DNA of 64,000 bases. Origin: a bacterium (GTDB lineage Bacteria > J088 > JAWLBW01). Within the stretch, counting starts at the first letter, position 1; every line of letters begins with the position of its first letter. Of this stretch, positions 50,810 to 61,973 are shown in pieces. The notes under the pieces are model-generated. The model was not told where the DNA came from and ran no database searches. It saw nothing but the letters and a program-made list of their open reading frames with translations. The stretch lies in the NCBI GenBank assembly GCA_041690355.1, contig JAWLHK010000011.1, forward strand, positions 62,001-126,000, in the 5' to 3' direction. The position numbers and the translations under genes are program-made.

Positions 50810-51541
50810 TCAGACGGCGGCCAGGGCCAACCCGGTCAGGGCCGCGATGAGCAGCGGGAGCCCGATCCAGATGCCTGCCGCAATCAACAGGCCGGCGAGT
50901 ACGAAGAAGACTGCCCGGCGCAGGCTGAACAGGGCCGCCGAGGTCGCCAGGCGCTCGCCCAGCGCGAGCAGATCGGCCACCTGCACCTGCCCCTGCACGG
51001 CCACTTTGCCCACGAAGTGCCGAATCAGCCAGCGCAGCGCGCCTCCCACGAGCGACGGCGCCCACGCCTGCAGCCGCGGTCCCACAATTCCAGGTTCGCC
51101 GCCCAGCCGTTCGGTTCCGGCGCGCACGACGGCGGCGACCTGCTCCTGCACGACCGCGACATCGAGCACTTTGCCGTCGCCCATGCGCGCCTGCAGCTTC
51201 AACGCGGACTCCCGCACGATGCGCGAGGCGAGGCGGGCCGCCTCGCCGGCCGCCAGCTCGACCTGCACGGCGAGGGCCCACGGCACTCCGCCGACGACGG
51301 CGCCCACCATGAGCCAGATCCCGGCCAGAAGCCCCGCCATCCCGGCCAGCCACGGCGGGGGACCCAGCGGGGCGATACCCTCGAAGAGGAAGTAGAGGAA
51401 CCCGGCGGCGAAGAGCGCACACCAGAGCAGAAACGAGGCGAGCGCCGAATGCAGGCGGCGGCGGGCCAGCGCGCGCAGTTCGGCGCCAAGGTCGCCAAGG
51501 TCGATGGAGCCGACGGTCGCGACGTCAGCGCGTTCGCTCAT
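50810..51541 (-). CDS. Hypothetical membrane protein
   Basis: Several hydrophobic segments; GGAGG RBS before ATG 51541. Confidence 0.65.
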   Translation of the reverse strand: MSERADVATVGSIDLGDLGAELRALARRRLHSALASFLLWCALFAAGFLYFLFEGIAPLGPPPWLAGMAGLLAGIWLMVGAVVGGVPWALAVQVELAAGEAARLASRIVRESALKLQARMGDGKVLDVAVVQEQVAAVVRAGTERLGGEPGIVGPRLQAWAPSLVGGALRWLIRHFVGKVAVQGQVQVADLLALGERLATSAALFSLRRAVFFVLAGLLIAAGIWIGLPLLIAALTGLALAAV

Positions 51542-51881
51542 GCGCCGCCTCCGGTTCGAGAATGGCCCGCAGATCGTCGGGCAGCGGCACCGGCGTGAAG
51601 ATTCCGACACGGGCACTTCCCGGATTCCCCCGCGGCGCCCGTCCCGTCCAGGAACCGGGGGCGGCCAGGATCAACCGCGGAAGCTGGGCGAGCGCCTCGA
51701 ACGTATCGCCACGGCGCACGGCAAAGACGAACATCAGCCAGTGCACGTAGACGTGCGGGCCCGCCCAGCGCTGGCTCAGAATGTGCGCGCGCTCGAGCGC
51801 CGTCCATTGCGCGGCCGGATCGGAGGCCGTGCGCGCCTTCAGCAATTCCGCTTCGTAATGGGGACGAACCCGCGCATCCAT
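51525..51881 (-). CDS. DUF3703-like protein
   Basis: LERAHILSQ...H..VHW.M, P.GNPG.ARVG...P.PLPDDL. Confidence 0.8.
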   Translation of the reverse strand: MDARVRPHYEAELLKARTASDPAAQWTALERAHILSQRWAGPHVYVHWLMFVFAVRRGDTFEALAQLPRLILAAPGSWTGRAPRGNPGSARVGIFTPVPLPDDLRAILEPEAAHERTR

Positions 51882-51908
51882 GTCCTTGAATCCTTCCTGC
51901 CGAACTCG

Positions 51909-51939
51909 GACTGACGACTGATGACTGACGACTGATGAC
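51909..51939. repeat. Heptamer tandem repeat (GACTGAY x4)
   Basis: GACTGAC GACTGAT GACTGAC GACTGAT GAC. Confidence 0.75.
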
Positions 51940-51952
51940 GGAAGACACCTGG

Positions 51953-52489
51953 CTACGGCTCGATATGCTCGTACACGCTGGTGGATCCGTCGGCCCGGTA
52001 GGCGACCACGTCATAGGCTTCGGGATGCGGGCCCTCCATCCCGGGGCTCCCCTCGGGCATACGCGGAACGGCAATGCCCTTGACCGCCGGCTTTTCGTCG
52101 AGCATGCGCCGGATGACCGGAGCGGGCACATGCCCTTCGACGACATAGCCGTCGACGACGGCCGTGTGGCAGCTGGCCAGTTGGCGCGGCAAACCGTGGT
52201 GCTGCTTGACCGGAGAGACCGACTCGAGGTCGTGGACGTCAACCGCGAAGCCGTTGTCGCGCAGGTGGTCGACCCATTTGCCGCAGCAGCCGCAGGTCGA
52301 CGTCTTGTAGACGGTGACCCGGCCGGACTCGGTTCCGGGCGCCGGAAAGGCCGGCGCGGCCGAGAAGCCCCCCTCGGCGACGGTGGGGATCGGTTGCGTC
52401 GGCGGACGCGGCTCGCGCTCGCAGGCGGCCAGGGTCAGGCCAAGCGCGACGACAGAACCCATAAGAAAATGCGATGCATGTCTTTTCAT
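51953..52489 (-). CDS. DUF411 metal-binding lipoprotein (CopG-type)
   Basis: Lipobox LAAC; CGCC..W..H, SCHTA, EGHVP, MP.GSPGME. Confidence 0.88.
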   Translation of the reverse strand: MKRHASHFLMGSVVALGLTLAACEREPRPPTQPIPTVAEGGFSAAPAFPAPGTESGRVTVYKTSTCGCCGKWVDHLRDNGFAVDVHDLESVSPVKQHHGLPRQLASCHTAVVDGYVVEGHVPAPVIRRMLDEKPAVKGIAVPRMPEGSPGMEGPHPEAYDVVAYRADGSTSVYEHIEP

Positions 52490-52609
52490 AGCGCATATTT
52501 TCGCACGGTTCCCGCGCGCCGCGCATCCGGAAATGGCATCCACGGCGTCAGGGGTAACGTGAGGGAATCCCCGGTTGCGGGGTTCTCCGGGTAGTGACCG
52601 GACTGCCCG

Positions 52610-52754
52610 CGCGGAGACGCGGAGGCGCGGAGACGCGGAGAGGAAAAACGAGCAAAAGCGGCATTTTCTTGCGGTGCGTACGCTGAAGACGCCGAACGGA
52701 TCCCGTTCCCAGACACCAGAAGCTTGCTTCACTCCGCGTCTCCGCGGCTCCGCG
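52610..52754. repeat. Inverted pair of octamer arrays (REP/REPIN-like)
   Basis: (CGCGGAGR)x4 at 52610-52641 and (NCTCCGCG)x3 at 52731-52754. Confidence 0.75.
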
Positions 52755-52883
52755 TGGAATCGTCTTTGTATCTGATACCGACGTCCGAAACGTCCGGCGT
52801 CCGGCGACCGATCGGCTTTGCCCCCGTAGAACCCCGTATGTTACGCTGAAAAGGTTTCCTCTACAAGCGGCCGGTCGACTTAC

Positions 52884-53771
52884 ATGGACAGTTTACGCGC
52901 CCCTCAGCGGGTGCTGAAAAAGCTTGAGCTCCGCAATCTGGCCGAGGTACAGCGCCTGCTGAAACCCGGCCGGCTGCACACGGTCTGCGAAGAGGCCCGC
53001 TGCCCCAACATCACCGAGTGCTGGAAGCGGCCGACGGCCACCTTCATGATCCTCGGCAGCGTGTGCACGCGCGGCTGCAAGTTCTGTTCGGTTACGAGCG
53101 GCAAGCCGATGACCGTCGACCCGCACGAACCCGAAAATCTCGCGCAGGCGGCCCTGCAGATGAACCTGCGGCACGTCGTCATCACCTCGGTGAACCGCGA
53201 CGACCTGCCCGACGGGGGCGCGAACCACTTCGCGGCCTGCATCGCGGCCGTGCGCGAAGCGCTGCCCGAGTGCAAGATCGAAGTACTGACCCCCGATTTC
53301 CGCCGCAAGGCCGGGGCCATCGAGATCATCGCCGGCGCCATGCCCGACGTCTTCAATCACAACCTCGAGACCGTGCCGCGCCTGTACCGCAAGGTTCGCC
53401 CGGGCGCCGACTATGCCGAGAGCCTGGCCCTGCTGCGGGCCGGCAAGCGGCTCGGCATGCCCCTCGTCAAAACCGGCATCATGGTCGGCCACGGCGAGAC
53501 CCGCGACGAAGTGCTGGCGCTCATGGACGATGCGCGCGCGCACGACGTCGACATTCTGACCATCGGGCAGTACCTGCGTCCGTCGCGTGACAGCCTGCCC
53601 GTTCTCGAATACGTGACCGACGAACAATACGAAGACTACCGCGCCGAGGGCATGCAGCGCGGCTTCAAGATGGTGGCTGCGGGCACGCACGTGCGCTCTT
53701 CCTACCTCGCCGACCTCGTCTTCGAACAAGCCGAACACGGTCACGCCGACGTGTCCGTGCGCGCCGAATGA
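52884..53771 (+). CDS. lipA: Lipoyl synthase
   Basis: [12 protein letters not shown] auxiliary cluster, CTRGCKFC radical-SAM motif, RSSY. Confidence 0.97.
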   Translation: MDSLRAPQRVLKKLELRNLAEVQRLLKPGRLHTVCEEARCPNITECWKRPTATFMILGSVCTRGCKFCSVTSGKPMTVDPHEPENLAQAALQMNLRHVVITSVNRDDLPDGGANHFAACIAAVREALPECKIEVLTPDFRRKAGAIEIIAGAMPDVFNHNLETVPRLYRKVRPGADYAESLALLRAGKRLGMPLVKTGIMVGHGETRDEVLALMDDARAHDVDILTIGQYLRPSRDSLPVLEYVTDEQYEDYRAEGMQRGFKMVAAGTHVRSSYLADLVFEQAEHGHADVSVRAE

Positions 53772-53799
53772 ATTTTCTCCCGCGCCGCGTGTCGTATCC

Positions 53800-55023
53800 A
53801 TGCCCAACCTGAACGAAGAGTTTTATCGGATCAAGCGGCTGCCGCCGTATGTCTTTTCGATCGTGAACGACCTGAAGGCGAAAGCCCGTCGCTCCGGCGA
53901 AGACATCATCGATCTCGGCATGGGCAACCCCGATCAGCCGACGCCGCGCCACATCATCGAAAAGGCCAAGGAGGCGATGGACAACCCGCGCAACCACCGC
54001 TATTCGGTGTCGCGCGGCATCTACAAGCTGCGGGGCGCGATCAGCGACTGGTACAAGCGGCGGTACGACGTCGACGTCGACCCCGACACCGAGGCCATCG
54101 CGACCATCGGCGCGAAAGAGGGCCTCAGTCACCTGGCGACGGCGACCATCGCGCCGGGAGATCTGGTCTTCGTGCCGACGCCGAGCTATCCGATTCACGC
54201 CTACGCGCAGATCATCGCCGGCGGCGAGGTCATGGGCATCCCGATGGTCAAGGGGCGCGACTTCATCGAGGAGCTCGAACAGGCGCACAAGCAGACTTTT
54301 CGCAAAGCGAAGATGCTCGTCGTGTCGTTTCCACACAACCCGACGACCACCTGCGTCGACCTCCCCTTCATGCAGCGCATCGTCGACTTCGCCCGCGCCA
54401 ACGACATGTGGGTCATTCACGACCTGGCCTACGCCGATCTGGTGTTCGACGGCTACAAGGCCCCGAGCATTCTCCAGGTGCCGGGGGCCAAGGAGATCGC
54501 CGTCGAGTTCTTCTCGCTCTCGAAGAGCTACAACATGGCCGGCTGGCGCATCGGATTCGCCTGCGGCAACCCGAAGCTCATCGGCGCGCTCTCGAAGCTG
54601 AAAAGCTATTTCGATTACGGCATGTACCAGCCGCTCCAGATCGCGGGCATCATCGCCCTCAACGGTCCCCAGGACTGCGTCGAGGAGATTCGCGGCATGT
54701 ACCAGACGCGCCGCGACGTGCTGGTCGACGGCCTGAATAAGGCGGGCTGGCAGATCGACAAGCCGAAGGGGACCATGTTCGTCTGGGCCGAGATTCCCGA
54801 CGAGTTCAAACCGCTCGGCTCGCTCGAGTTCTCCAAGCTCCTGCTCCAGGAGGCCAAGGTCGCCGTCTCGCCCGGCATCGGGTTCGGTGATTACGGCGAT
54901 ACGCACGTCCGTTTCGCGCTCTGCGAAAACGAGCAACGCCTGCGCCAGGCGGTGCGCGGCATCCGCGCCGTGCTGAACGGCGGAAGCCAGGAAGAAAGCT
55001 CTCCCATCGAGGTTACCAAGTAA
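53800..55023 (+). CDS. alaC: PLP-dependent class I aminotransferase, AlaC/YfdZ-like
   Basis: [36 protein letters not shown]; directly upstream of hom. Confidence 0.8.
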   Translation: MPNLNEEFYRIKRLPPYVFSIVNDLKAKARRSGEDIIDLGMGNPDQPTPRHIIEKAKEAMDNPRNHRYSVSRGIYKLRGAISDWYKRRYDVDVDPDTEAIATIGAKEGLSHLATATIAPGDLVFVPTPSYPIHAYAQIIAGGEVMGIPMVKGRDFIEELEQAHKQTFRKAKMLVVSFPHNPTTTCVDLPFMQRIVDFARANDMWVIHDLAYADLVFDGYKAPSILQVPGAKEIAVEFFSLSKSYNMAGWRIGFACGNPKLIGALSKLKSYFDYGMYQPLQIAGIIALNGPQDCVEEIRGMYQTRRDVLVDGLNKAGWQIDKPKGTMFVWAEIPDEFKPLGSLEFSKLLLQEAKVAVSPGIGFGDYGDTHVRFALCENEQRLRQAVRGIRAVLNGGSQEESSPIEVTK

Positions 55024-56324
55024 TGTCTGTCCTTCGCGTGGGCCTTCTCGGGTGCGGCACTGTCGGCTCGGGGGTCTTTCAGATTCTCTCCCGTAACCGG
55101 GAACTCCTCGAACAGCGTACCGGCCTCTCCATCCAGGTGACCCGCGTGGCCACGAAAGACTTCGACCGCGCCCGGGAGGCCGGCGTCGCCGACGAGCTCC
55201 TGACCGACGACCTCATGAACGTCGTTGAAGCCGACGACGTCGACGTCGTCTGCGAGCTCATGGGCGGCCTCGAACCTGCGCGCACGGCCATTCTCGCCGC
55301 CCTGAAGGCCGGCAAACACATCGTGACGGCCAACAAGGCCCTGCTCGCGCACCACGCGGCCGACCTGTTTCCCGCCGCCGCCGAAGCCGGCCGCGAGCTT
55401 GCCTACGAAGCGAGCGTCGGGGGGAGCATTCCGATCATCCGCGCCCTGAAGGAAGGCTACGTCGCCGAGAATATCCAGGGGCTCTACGGCATCATCAACG
55501 GCACGACCAATTACATTCTTTCGGCCATGGCCGACAGCGGCCGCGACTTCAGCGACGTGCTCGCCGAAGCGCAGCAGCTCGGCTACGCCGAGGCCGATCC
55601 GACGTTCGACGTCGAAGGGGTCGACGCCGCCCACAAGGTGGCCATTCTCGCCATGCTGGCCTACGGCGTGCGCTTCGACTACCGCAAGATTCCGACCGAG
55701 GGGATCACGGGCATCTCCAAAGCCGATATCGACTTCGCCCACCGCTTCGGCTATCGCATCAAGCTCATCGCCATCGCGCGCCTGCAGGACGAGCGCCTCG
55801 ACGTGCGCGTGCACCCGACGATGATCCCCGAAACGAGCCAGCTCGCCCAGGTGCACGGCGTCTTCAACGCCGTCTACCTCGAGGGAGACAACGTCGGACC
55901 GTCGCTGCTCTTCGGCCGCGGCGCCGGCTCGCTGCCCACCGCCAGCGCCGTGCTGAGCGACATCGTGGCCATCGGCCGCAACGGCGGCGCCCGGCGCGTG
56001 CCCGACCTCGCCTACGAGCCCCGCTTCGTGCGCGACATCGAAGTGCTCCCCGGCGAAGAGATCCGCTCCGAGTACTACGTGCGCGTCCACGTGCTCGACC
56101 AGCCCGGGGTGCTCGGCCAGATCACGACCGTGCTGGGCGGCCACGGCATCTCGATCGCGAGCGTGCTGCAGCTCGATCAGCCGACCGACAACAAGGTTCC
56201 GCTCGTGCTCGTCACGCACACGACCACCGAGGGGAACCTGCGCGGCGCCCTGGCCGAGATCGAGCAGCTCTACTGCACGGCCGGGCCGTCGACCTTCATC
56301 CGCATTCTCGAGAATCTTTCGTAG
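55023..56324 (+). CDS. hom: Homoserine dehydrogenase with ACT domain
   Basis: GCGTVG, TANKA, EASVGG, NGTTNY, GYAEADP, DQPGVL. Confidence 0.97.
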   Translation: MSVLRVGLLGCGTVGSGVFQILSRNRELLEQRTGLSIQVTRVATKDFDRAREAGVADELLTDDLMNVVEADDVDVVCELMGGLEPARTAILAALKAGKHIVTANKALLAHHAADLFPAAAEAGRELAYEASVGGSIPIIRALKEGYVAENIQGLYGIINGTTNYILSAMADSGRDFSDVLAEAQQLGYAEADPTFDVEGVDAAHKVAILAMLAYGVRFDYRKIPTEGITGISKADIDFAHRFGYRIKLIAIARLQDERLDVRVHPTMIPETSQLAQVHGVFNAVYLEGDNVGPSLLFGRGAGSLPTASAVLSDIVAIGRNGGARRVPDLAYEPRFVRDIEVLPGEEIRSEYYVRVHVLDQPGVLGQITTVLGGHGISIASVLQLDQPTDNKVPLVLVTHTTTEGNLRGALAEIEQLYCTAGPSTFIRILENLS

Positions 56325-56334
56325 GAGTCCGCTC

Positions 56335-57381
56335 GTGTGGCAGGGCATCATCCGTGAATACGCGGCCTTCATGCCGCAGGTCGACCTCGACCGCGTCGTA
56401 ACCCTTCACGAGGGCAACACGCCGCTCATCGAGTCGCGCAACATCGTGCGCAGCCTTCCCGGAGGGGTGCGGGTCTTCTTCAAGTACGAAGGGTTGAACC
56501 CGACCGGTTCCTTCAAGGACCGCGGCATGACGATGGCCATCACGAAGGCCTACCAGGACGGCGCCGAGGCGGTCATCTGCGCGAGCACCGGCAACACGAG
56601 CGCCGCGGCCGCCGCCTACGCCGCACGCGCGGGCATGAAGGCCTTCGTGCTCATCCCCGCTGGCAAGATCGCGCTCGGAAAACTGAGCCAGGCCATGATT
56701 CACGGCGCCGTCGTCGTGCAGATCGAGGGGAACTTTGACGACGCCCTCAACCTGGTGCGCACGATTTCAGACACGCATCCGGTCACGCTCGTCAACTCGG
56801 TGAACCCGTACCGCATCGAAGGGCAGAAAAGCGGCGCCTTCGAAATCGTCGACCAGCTTGGCGACGCGCCCACCTTTCACGCCATCCCCGTGGGCAACGC
56901 CGGCAACATCACGGCCTACTGGAAGGGCTACAACGAGTTCCACGCCAACGGCAAAGCGAAGCGCCGGCCGAAGATGATCGGCTTTCAGGCCGAAGGGGCC
57001 GCTCCCATCGTGCGCGGCGCCCCCGTGGCCGACCCCGAAACCGTGGCCACGGCCATCCGCATCGGCAATCCGGCGAGCTGGCAGCCGGCGGTCGCCGCCC
57101 GCGACGAAAGCGGCGGCCTCATTGACATGGTCACCGACGAAGAAATTCTCGCCGCCTACCACCGGCTCGCGGCCGAAGAAGGGGTGTTCTGCGAACCGGC
57201 GAGCGCGGCCAGCCTGGCCGGCGTGCTGAAGCATCCGCACCTGTTCGGCGACGGCGACGTCATCGTCTGCACGCTCACGGGGCATGGCCTCAAGGATCCC
57301 GACAACGCCATCAAGGCGAGCACGCAGCCCGTGACCGTCAAGGCCGACAAGGAAAGCGTGCTGCGGGTACTTGGATTCTGA
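56335..57381 (+). CDS. thrC: Threonine synthase
   Basis: [30 protein letters not shown]. Confidence 0.97.
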   Translation: MWQGIIREYAAFMPQVDLDRVVTLHEGNTPLIESRNIVRSLPGGVRVFFKYEGLNPTGSFKDRGMTMAITKAYQDGAEAVICASTGNTSAAAAAYAARAGMKAFVLIPAGKIALGKLSQAMIHGAVVVQIEGNFDDALNLVRTISDTHPVTLVNSVNPYRIEGQKSGAFEIVDQLGDAPTFHAIPVGNAGNITAYWKGYNEFHANGKAKRRPKMIGFQAEGAAPIVRGAPVADPETVATAIRIGNPASWQPAVAARDESGGLIDMVTDEEILAAYHRLAAEEGVFCEPASAASLAGVLKHPHLFGDGDVIVCTLTGHGLKDPDNAIKASTQPVTVKADKESVLRVLGF

Positions 57382-57387
57382 GCCGGT

Positions 57388-58467
57388 TTACGAGACGGCG
57401 ACGTCGAATATCCTCCCGATTGTCCACGTGAGCGCGGCCGCGACGCCGCCGATGAGGGCCATGCGCAGGGCGCTGTAGACCGCGCTGCGCCCCGTGAAGA
57501 GGCTCATGGCGGCCCCCACCAGCATGAGCGCCCCGAGGCTCAGGCCAAGCGCGGCCGGAAGCGCCCCAGCCCCCGCGAAGAGCAGAAAGGGGAGGAGCGG
57601 AACGATGGCCCCGGCCGCAAAGCTGAAGAACGAGGCCGCGGCCGCGCCCCACGGCGACCCGAGCATTTCGGGATCGAGGCCGAGCTCTTCGCGCGCGAGC
57701 GTCTGCAGCCCCTGCACGGGGTTGGCGATGATGCGCCGGGCGAAGCCGGCGGCCTGCTCGCGCGGCATCCCCTTGGCGACGTAGATCTCGGTCAGCTCGG
57801 CGATCTCCTCTTCGGGCATCTCCTGAATCTCTTCCCACTCCAGCGCAATCTGCTGCTCGTAGACTTCGCGCTGGGTGCGCACCGAGACGTACTCGCCCGC
57901 GCCCATGGAGAAACCGCCGGCCAGGAGCCCGGCGACGCCGGCGACGACGATGACCTCGGGGTCGCTCTGCGCGCCGGCCATGCCGAGAATAAGGCTCGCA
58001 TTCGAGACCAGGCCGTCGTTGATGCCGAAGACGGCCGCCCGCAACGCCCCGCCGCCGCGCCCGGCGCGGTGGCGCGCCTGCTCGGTAGGCGTCGAGAGAA
58101 GCGGAACCGGTTCGCCCCCCGTCTCTTCGCCCAGTTCGGGAATCGGGGCCGCCGCCCCCCGGTAGACGCCGAGCCCGCGCACCTTCATGGCCGCGAGAAT
58201 GGGCAGCATATGGCGGGGATGGACGGCGCGCAGCAGCAGGCCGACGAAGCGCGCCCGCGCCGACGGGCTGAAGGCGGGCATCGGCACGCCCCCCTTGATC
58301 AGATCCTCGGCCCAGAGCCCGGCCTGTTTCTGCGCCGCCTTGCCGAGGCTGTCGAACAGTTCACGGTTACGGCCGCTCTCCCGCGACACCATGATGCCGT
58401 AGAGATAGGCGGAATTCTTTTCCTCGCGCCAGCTGTCGAGCCGCTGGCGTACGACGCGCGGGTCCAT
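57388..58467 (-). CDS. VIT1/CCC1 transporter with N-terminal ferritin/rubrerythrin-like domain
   Basis: LRAAVFGINDGLVSN, SMGAGEYVSV, REELG. Confidence 0.9.
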   Translation of the reverse strand: MDPRVVRQRLDSWREEKNSAYLYGIMVSRESGRNRELFDSLGKAAQKQAGLWAEDLIKGGVPMPAFSPSARARFVGLLLRAVHPRHMLPILAAMKVRGLGVYRGAAAPIPELGEETGGEPVPLLSTPTEQARHRAGRGGGALRAAVFGINDGLVSNASLILGMAGAQSDPEVIVVAGVAGLLAGGFSMGAGEYVSVRTQREVYEQQIALEWEEIQEMPEEEIAELTEIYVAKGMPREQAAGFARRIIANPVQGLQTLAREELGLDPEMLGSPWGAAAASFFSFAAGAIVPLLPFLLFAGAGALPAALGLSLGALMLVGAAMSLFTGRSAVYSALRMALIGGVAAALTWTIGRIFDVAVS

Positions 58468-58475
58468 GCCGGTCC

Positions 58476-60866
58476 TCAGAAGAACGTGCCGATCGAGAAC
58501 TCGAACACGCTGGGGCGTTCGTCGGGGCGGCGGTTGATGGGATAGCCCCACTCGAACCGCAGGGGGCCCAGCGGGCTGAACCAGCGGAAGCCGAAGCCCG
58601 CGCCCATGCGCAACGGATCGGCGAAGAACGGGTCGGCTTCGGCCCAGGCGTTGCCGGCATCGAAGAAAAGGACCCCTTTGATCCCCGCCTGGGGGAGGAT
58701 GGGGAAGGTGATTTCGCTGTTCAGGACGGCCATCTTGTTACCGCCCTGCACGATCTCGACGGGCTGAAAGACGTCGGTGCCCGATCCGCCGGGGATGCGC
58801 AGCCGCGGACCCACCTGGCGGTAGTTATAACCGCGCAGGCTCGTGATGCCGCCCAGGAAGTAGCGTTCGGTGAACGGCAGGCTGCCCCCGACCGTCGAGT
58901 TGCCCCAGGCGACCTCGCCGTGCGTCGAGAAGACGACCCCCAGAAAGAGGTGTTGAAACCAGGTGCCGTTCAGGTTGTACTTGATGAAGCTGTGATCGCC
59001 CAGAAAGGCCGGATCGGCCCACTCGACGCCGCCCGACAGAATCGAGCCGCCGGTCGGATCGAAGGGATGATTCTTCGTGTTGCGCACGAGCGACGTACCG
59101 AGCGAGCCGGTGGCGCCCGTGCGGAAGAAGTCGGACCCGCCGCCTACGAAATTCGTATACGAGATGTCTTCGTAGCGGTAGGTCGTGTAGAGCCGGGTGT
59201 TCAGAAAGATGAGGTAGCCGGCGTTGATGCGGCCGCCGACACTCTCCTGCGTGTACTCGAGGTACTGCCGGCTGCTGTTGAAGACGTCGACCCCCAGGCT
59301 CCAGTTGCTGTCGAGAAAGTGCGGGTCGGTGTAGCTGATCGTATAGTATTGCCGGCGCGCGCCGAACTCGGCGTTCGCGTTGAGGCGGATGCCGTAGCCG
59401 AGCAGGTTGCCGAAGCTGACCTGGCCGATGCCGAGGAACTTGTCGAGCGAGTTGAACCCGACGCCCACGCTGAGCGTGCCGGTCGAGCGCTCCTTGACCT
59501 CGATGATGACGTCGATCTTGTCTCCGGTCGTACCCGCCGGTTCGGTCGAGAAGTTGACCTCTTCGAAGAAGCCGAGCGCAAAGACCCGCTCGCGGCTGCG
59601 GCGCAGCTGAGTACCGTCGAAGAGCTGCCCCTCGACCACCAGCAGCTCGCGGCGGATGACCTTGTCGCGCGTCTTCGTGTTGCCGCGGATGCGGATCTGG
59701 TTGATGTAGGTCAGGTTGCCCTTGTCGACGTCGAAGGTCAGATCGACGATGCGGCTCGCGTCGTCGATGTCGGTGAGCGGCGCAACCGAGACGAATGCAT
59801 AGCCGACGTCCTGGTACTGTTCGCTGACCCCCTGCACGTCGGCGCCGAGCCTCTCGCGGCTGAAGGGTAGCCCCGGCTGGGTCTGAAACGCCCGGCGCAT
59901 CTTGCCCTCGTCGAAGATGAGCTCGCCCTGGAGCTTGACGTCGCCCACGAAGTACTGCGGACCTTCTTCAATGCGGTAGGTGACGCTGACCGATTTGCGA
60001 TCGGGCGACAGGTAGGCGCTCGGCGGCGCGACGCGAATCTTGATGTAGCCGTGGTTCAGGTAGAAATTGGTGAGCATCTCGACGTCGCGGGCGAGGCTCC
60101 CCTCTTTGAAAACTCCCGAGTCGGTCAGAAAGCTGAAGAGGCCGTCTTCTTTCGTCTCGATGATTTCGGCGAGCCGCTCGCTTGAGAAGACGTCGTTGCC
60201 GATGAAGGTAATCCGGTTGACGGAGACCTTGAGGTTTTCTTCGATGCGGAAGTGGACCGAGACCTCGTGGTTCGGCAGCCGCGTCGTCTCGGCGTAGACC
60301 TGCGTGAAGTTGTATCCCTTCTCGACGTACAGGTCCTTGATCCGATCCGACACCCGGCGCAGGCGGTTCATGTCGAGCATGGACCGCAGCGGCACGTCGA
60401 TGACTTCCTGAATCTTCTCGTCTTCGATCTCGTGGTTGCCCGAGAAGGTAACCGAGCGCACGATCGGGCGCTCTTCGAAGCTATAGACCAGGCGCACGGC
60501 CCCTTCGCCGGCGGGCTCGGTGGTCACGCGCACATCTTCAAAGTACCCCAGGCCGTAGAGCCGGCGGATGTCTTCGGCGATCAGATCGCGCTGCAGCGGC
60601 ACACCGTTGCCCTGCTGTAGATTGAGCCGCACCGTGTCTTCTTCGATGCGCTGCAGCCCTTCGATGCGCACGCCGCGCACGAGAGGCCCCTCGGGTGGCG
60701 CACCGTCTTCGGGAACGGGCTCGATCGGCGCCTCGTCGGTCGGCTTGATCAGGGGAAGGCTGTCAGCCGGCGCCCCGGGCGCAGGCGCGGCCTCTTCGGG
60801 GGCCATCTGGGCACGGGCGGGCGCGCCCGAAACCAGAAGCAGGAGGATGGCGGCGAATACGCGCAT
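58476..60866 (-). CDS. bamA: Outer membrane protein assembly factor BamA
   Basis: POTRA repeats, GNTKTRDKVIRRE, LRGY, W.SPLGPLRF, terminal Phe. Confidence 0.97.
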   Translation of the reverse strand: MRVFAAILLLLVSGAPARAQMAPEEAAPAPGAPADSLPLIKPTDEAPIEPVPEDGAPPEGPLVRGVRIEGLQRIEEDTVRLNLQQGNGVPLQRDLIAEDIRRLYGLGYFEDVRVTTEPAGEGAVRLVYSFEERPIVRSVTFSGNHEIEDEKIQEVIDVPLRSMLDMNRLRRVSDRIKDLYVEKGYNFTQVYAETTRLPNHEVSVHFRIEENLKVSVNRITFIGNDVFSSERLAEIIETKEDGLFSFLTDSGVFKEGSLARDVEMLTNFYLNHGYIKIRVAPPSAYLSPDRKSVSVTYRIEEGPQYFVGDVKLQGELIFDEGKMRRAFQTQPGLPFSRERLGADVQGVSEQYQDVGYAFVSVAPLTDIDDASRIVDLTFDVDKGNLTYINQIRIRGNTKTRDKVIRRELLVVEGQLFDGTQLRRSRERVFALGFFEEVNFSTEPAGTTGDKIDVIIEVKERSTGTLSVGVGFNSLDKFLGIGQVSFGNLLGYGIRLNANAEFGARRQYYTISYTDPHFLDSNWSLGVDVFNSSRQYLEYTQESVGGRINAGYLIFLNTRLYTTYRYEDISYTNFVGGGSDFFRTGATGSLGTSLVRNTKNHPFDPTGGSILSGGVEWADPAFLGDHSFIKYNLNGTWFQHLFLGVVFSTHGEVAWGNSTVGGSLPFTERYFLGGITSLRGYNYRQVGPRLRIPGGSGTDVFQPVEIVQGGNKMAVLNSEITFPILPQAGIKGVLFFDAGNAWAEADPFFADPLRMGAGFGFRWFSPLGPLRFEWGYPINRRPDERPSVFEFSIGTFF

Positions 60867-61552
60867 CAGCCCAGCTCCTCGTCGATGCGGCCGGCGACCA
60901 TGCGCACGCAGCGGGTCATCCGTTCGGCCAGCGCCGGGTTGTGCGTCACGATGATCATCGTCAGGTTGCGCCTTTCATTGAGCTGCACGAGCAGTTCGTG
61001 CACCCGATCGGCCGTCTCGATATCCAGATTGCCGGTCGGCTCGTCGGCCAGGAGCAGACGCGGGGCCCGCACGAGCGCACGGGCGATGGCCACCCGCTGC
61101 TGCTCGCCCCCCGAGAGCTCGCCCGGCTTGTGGGTCACCCGGTGGCCGAGCCCGACCTCTTCGAGAAGTCCACCGGCGCGCAAGGCCGCCGCCTTTCGAC
61201 TCTCGCCCCCGATGAGCAACGGCATCATGACATTTTCCAGCGCGGTGAACTCGGGCAACAGGTGGTGGAACTGAAAAACGAAGCCGACAGAACGGTTCCG
61301 GAAAGAGGCCAGCTCGCGGTCGGGGGTGCCGGTCAGGCGCTCGTCGCCGAACCAGATGGTGCCGGTGTCGGGAACGTCGAGGGCCCCAAGCACGTGGAGC
61401 AGCGTCGACTTGCCCACGCCCGAGACACCCAGAATGCCCAGCCGCTCGCCCTCGGCGACCGCCAGATCGACGCCGCGCAGGACTTCGACGCGCGAAGCCC
61501 CTTCACCGTAGGTTTTATACAGCCCCTCGACACGGAGCAGTGGACTGGCCAT
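60866..61552 (-). CDS. lolD: Lipoprotein-releasing ABC transporter ATPase LolD
   Basis: [19 protein letters not shown] LolD motif, [13 protein letters not shown]. Confidence 0.9.
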   Translation of the reverse strand: MASPLLRVEGLYKTYGEGASRVEVLRGVDLAVAEGERLGILGVSGVGKSTLLHVLGALDVPDTGTIWFGDERLTGTPDRELASFRNRSVGFVFQFHHLLPEFTALENVMMPLLIGGESRKAAALRAGGLLEEVGLGHRVTHKPGELSGGEQQRVAIARALVRAPRLLLADEPTGNLDIETADRVHELLVQLNERRNLTMIIVTHNPALAERMTRCVRMVAGRIDEELG

Positions 61553-61833
61553 GGGCGCGGCAGATTCTCTCCGGAGGCGAGTCCGGCGTACGGGACGAAC
61601 CGACGGCCGACAGCTTCAGGACCGGTCGCATCCCGACCCGTCGGCCACGGCGCGACGAAAGAGTAAAAGCTTAATAAGTACCAGAAGATACGTCATCTGT
61701 CAAGCGGTCAGAGGGGGTGTGGCCGCCCACAAAAGGGGCGGGACGAGGCCTGCCGCGAAGGGCGGTGGCCGCACCCGCGCCGTTGCCGCCCTTTCTCCGG
61801 CGCGCCCCGGCGCGAAGGCGAGCCCTCCCCGTC

Positions 61834-61849
61834 TGGCACCCGCCTTGCC
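61834..61849 (+). promoter_or_regulatory. Putative sigma-54 promoter upstream of the FmdB-like gene
   Basis: TGGCAC-CCGCC-TTGC, GG-N10-GC. Confidence 0.6.
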
Positions 61850-61889
61850 GGACCCGCCGGCCTGTGCCGGCGTAAGCTCCGGTTCTCGC

Positions 61890-61917
61890 TTGAAAAATCG
61901 GCGGCGGGTGCTAAAAT
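61890..61917 (+). promoter_or_regulatory. Sigma-70-type promoter with extended -10
   Basis: TTGAAA-N16-TAAAAT with TG one base before the -10. Confidence 0.65.
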
Positions 61918-61943
61918 TAGCACTAAGAACCCGCGAGTGCCAG
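61917..61943 (+). promoter_or_regulatory. CIRCE (HrcA operator)
   Basis: TTAGCACTA-N9-GAGTGCCAG versus consensus TTAGCACTC-N9-GAGTGCTAA. Confidence 0.85.
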
Positions 61944-61973
61944 ACTCCCGGGCCTTCCACAAGGAGTGCCGCC

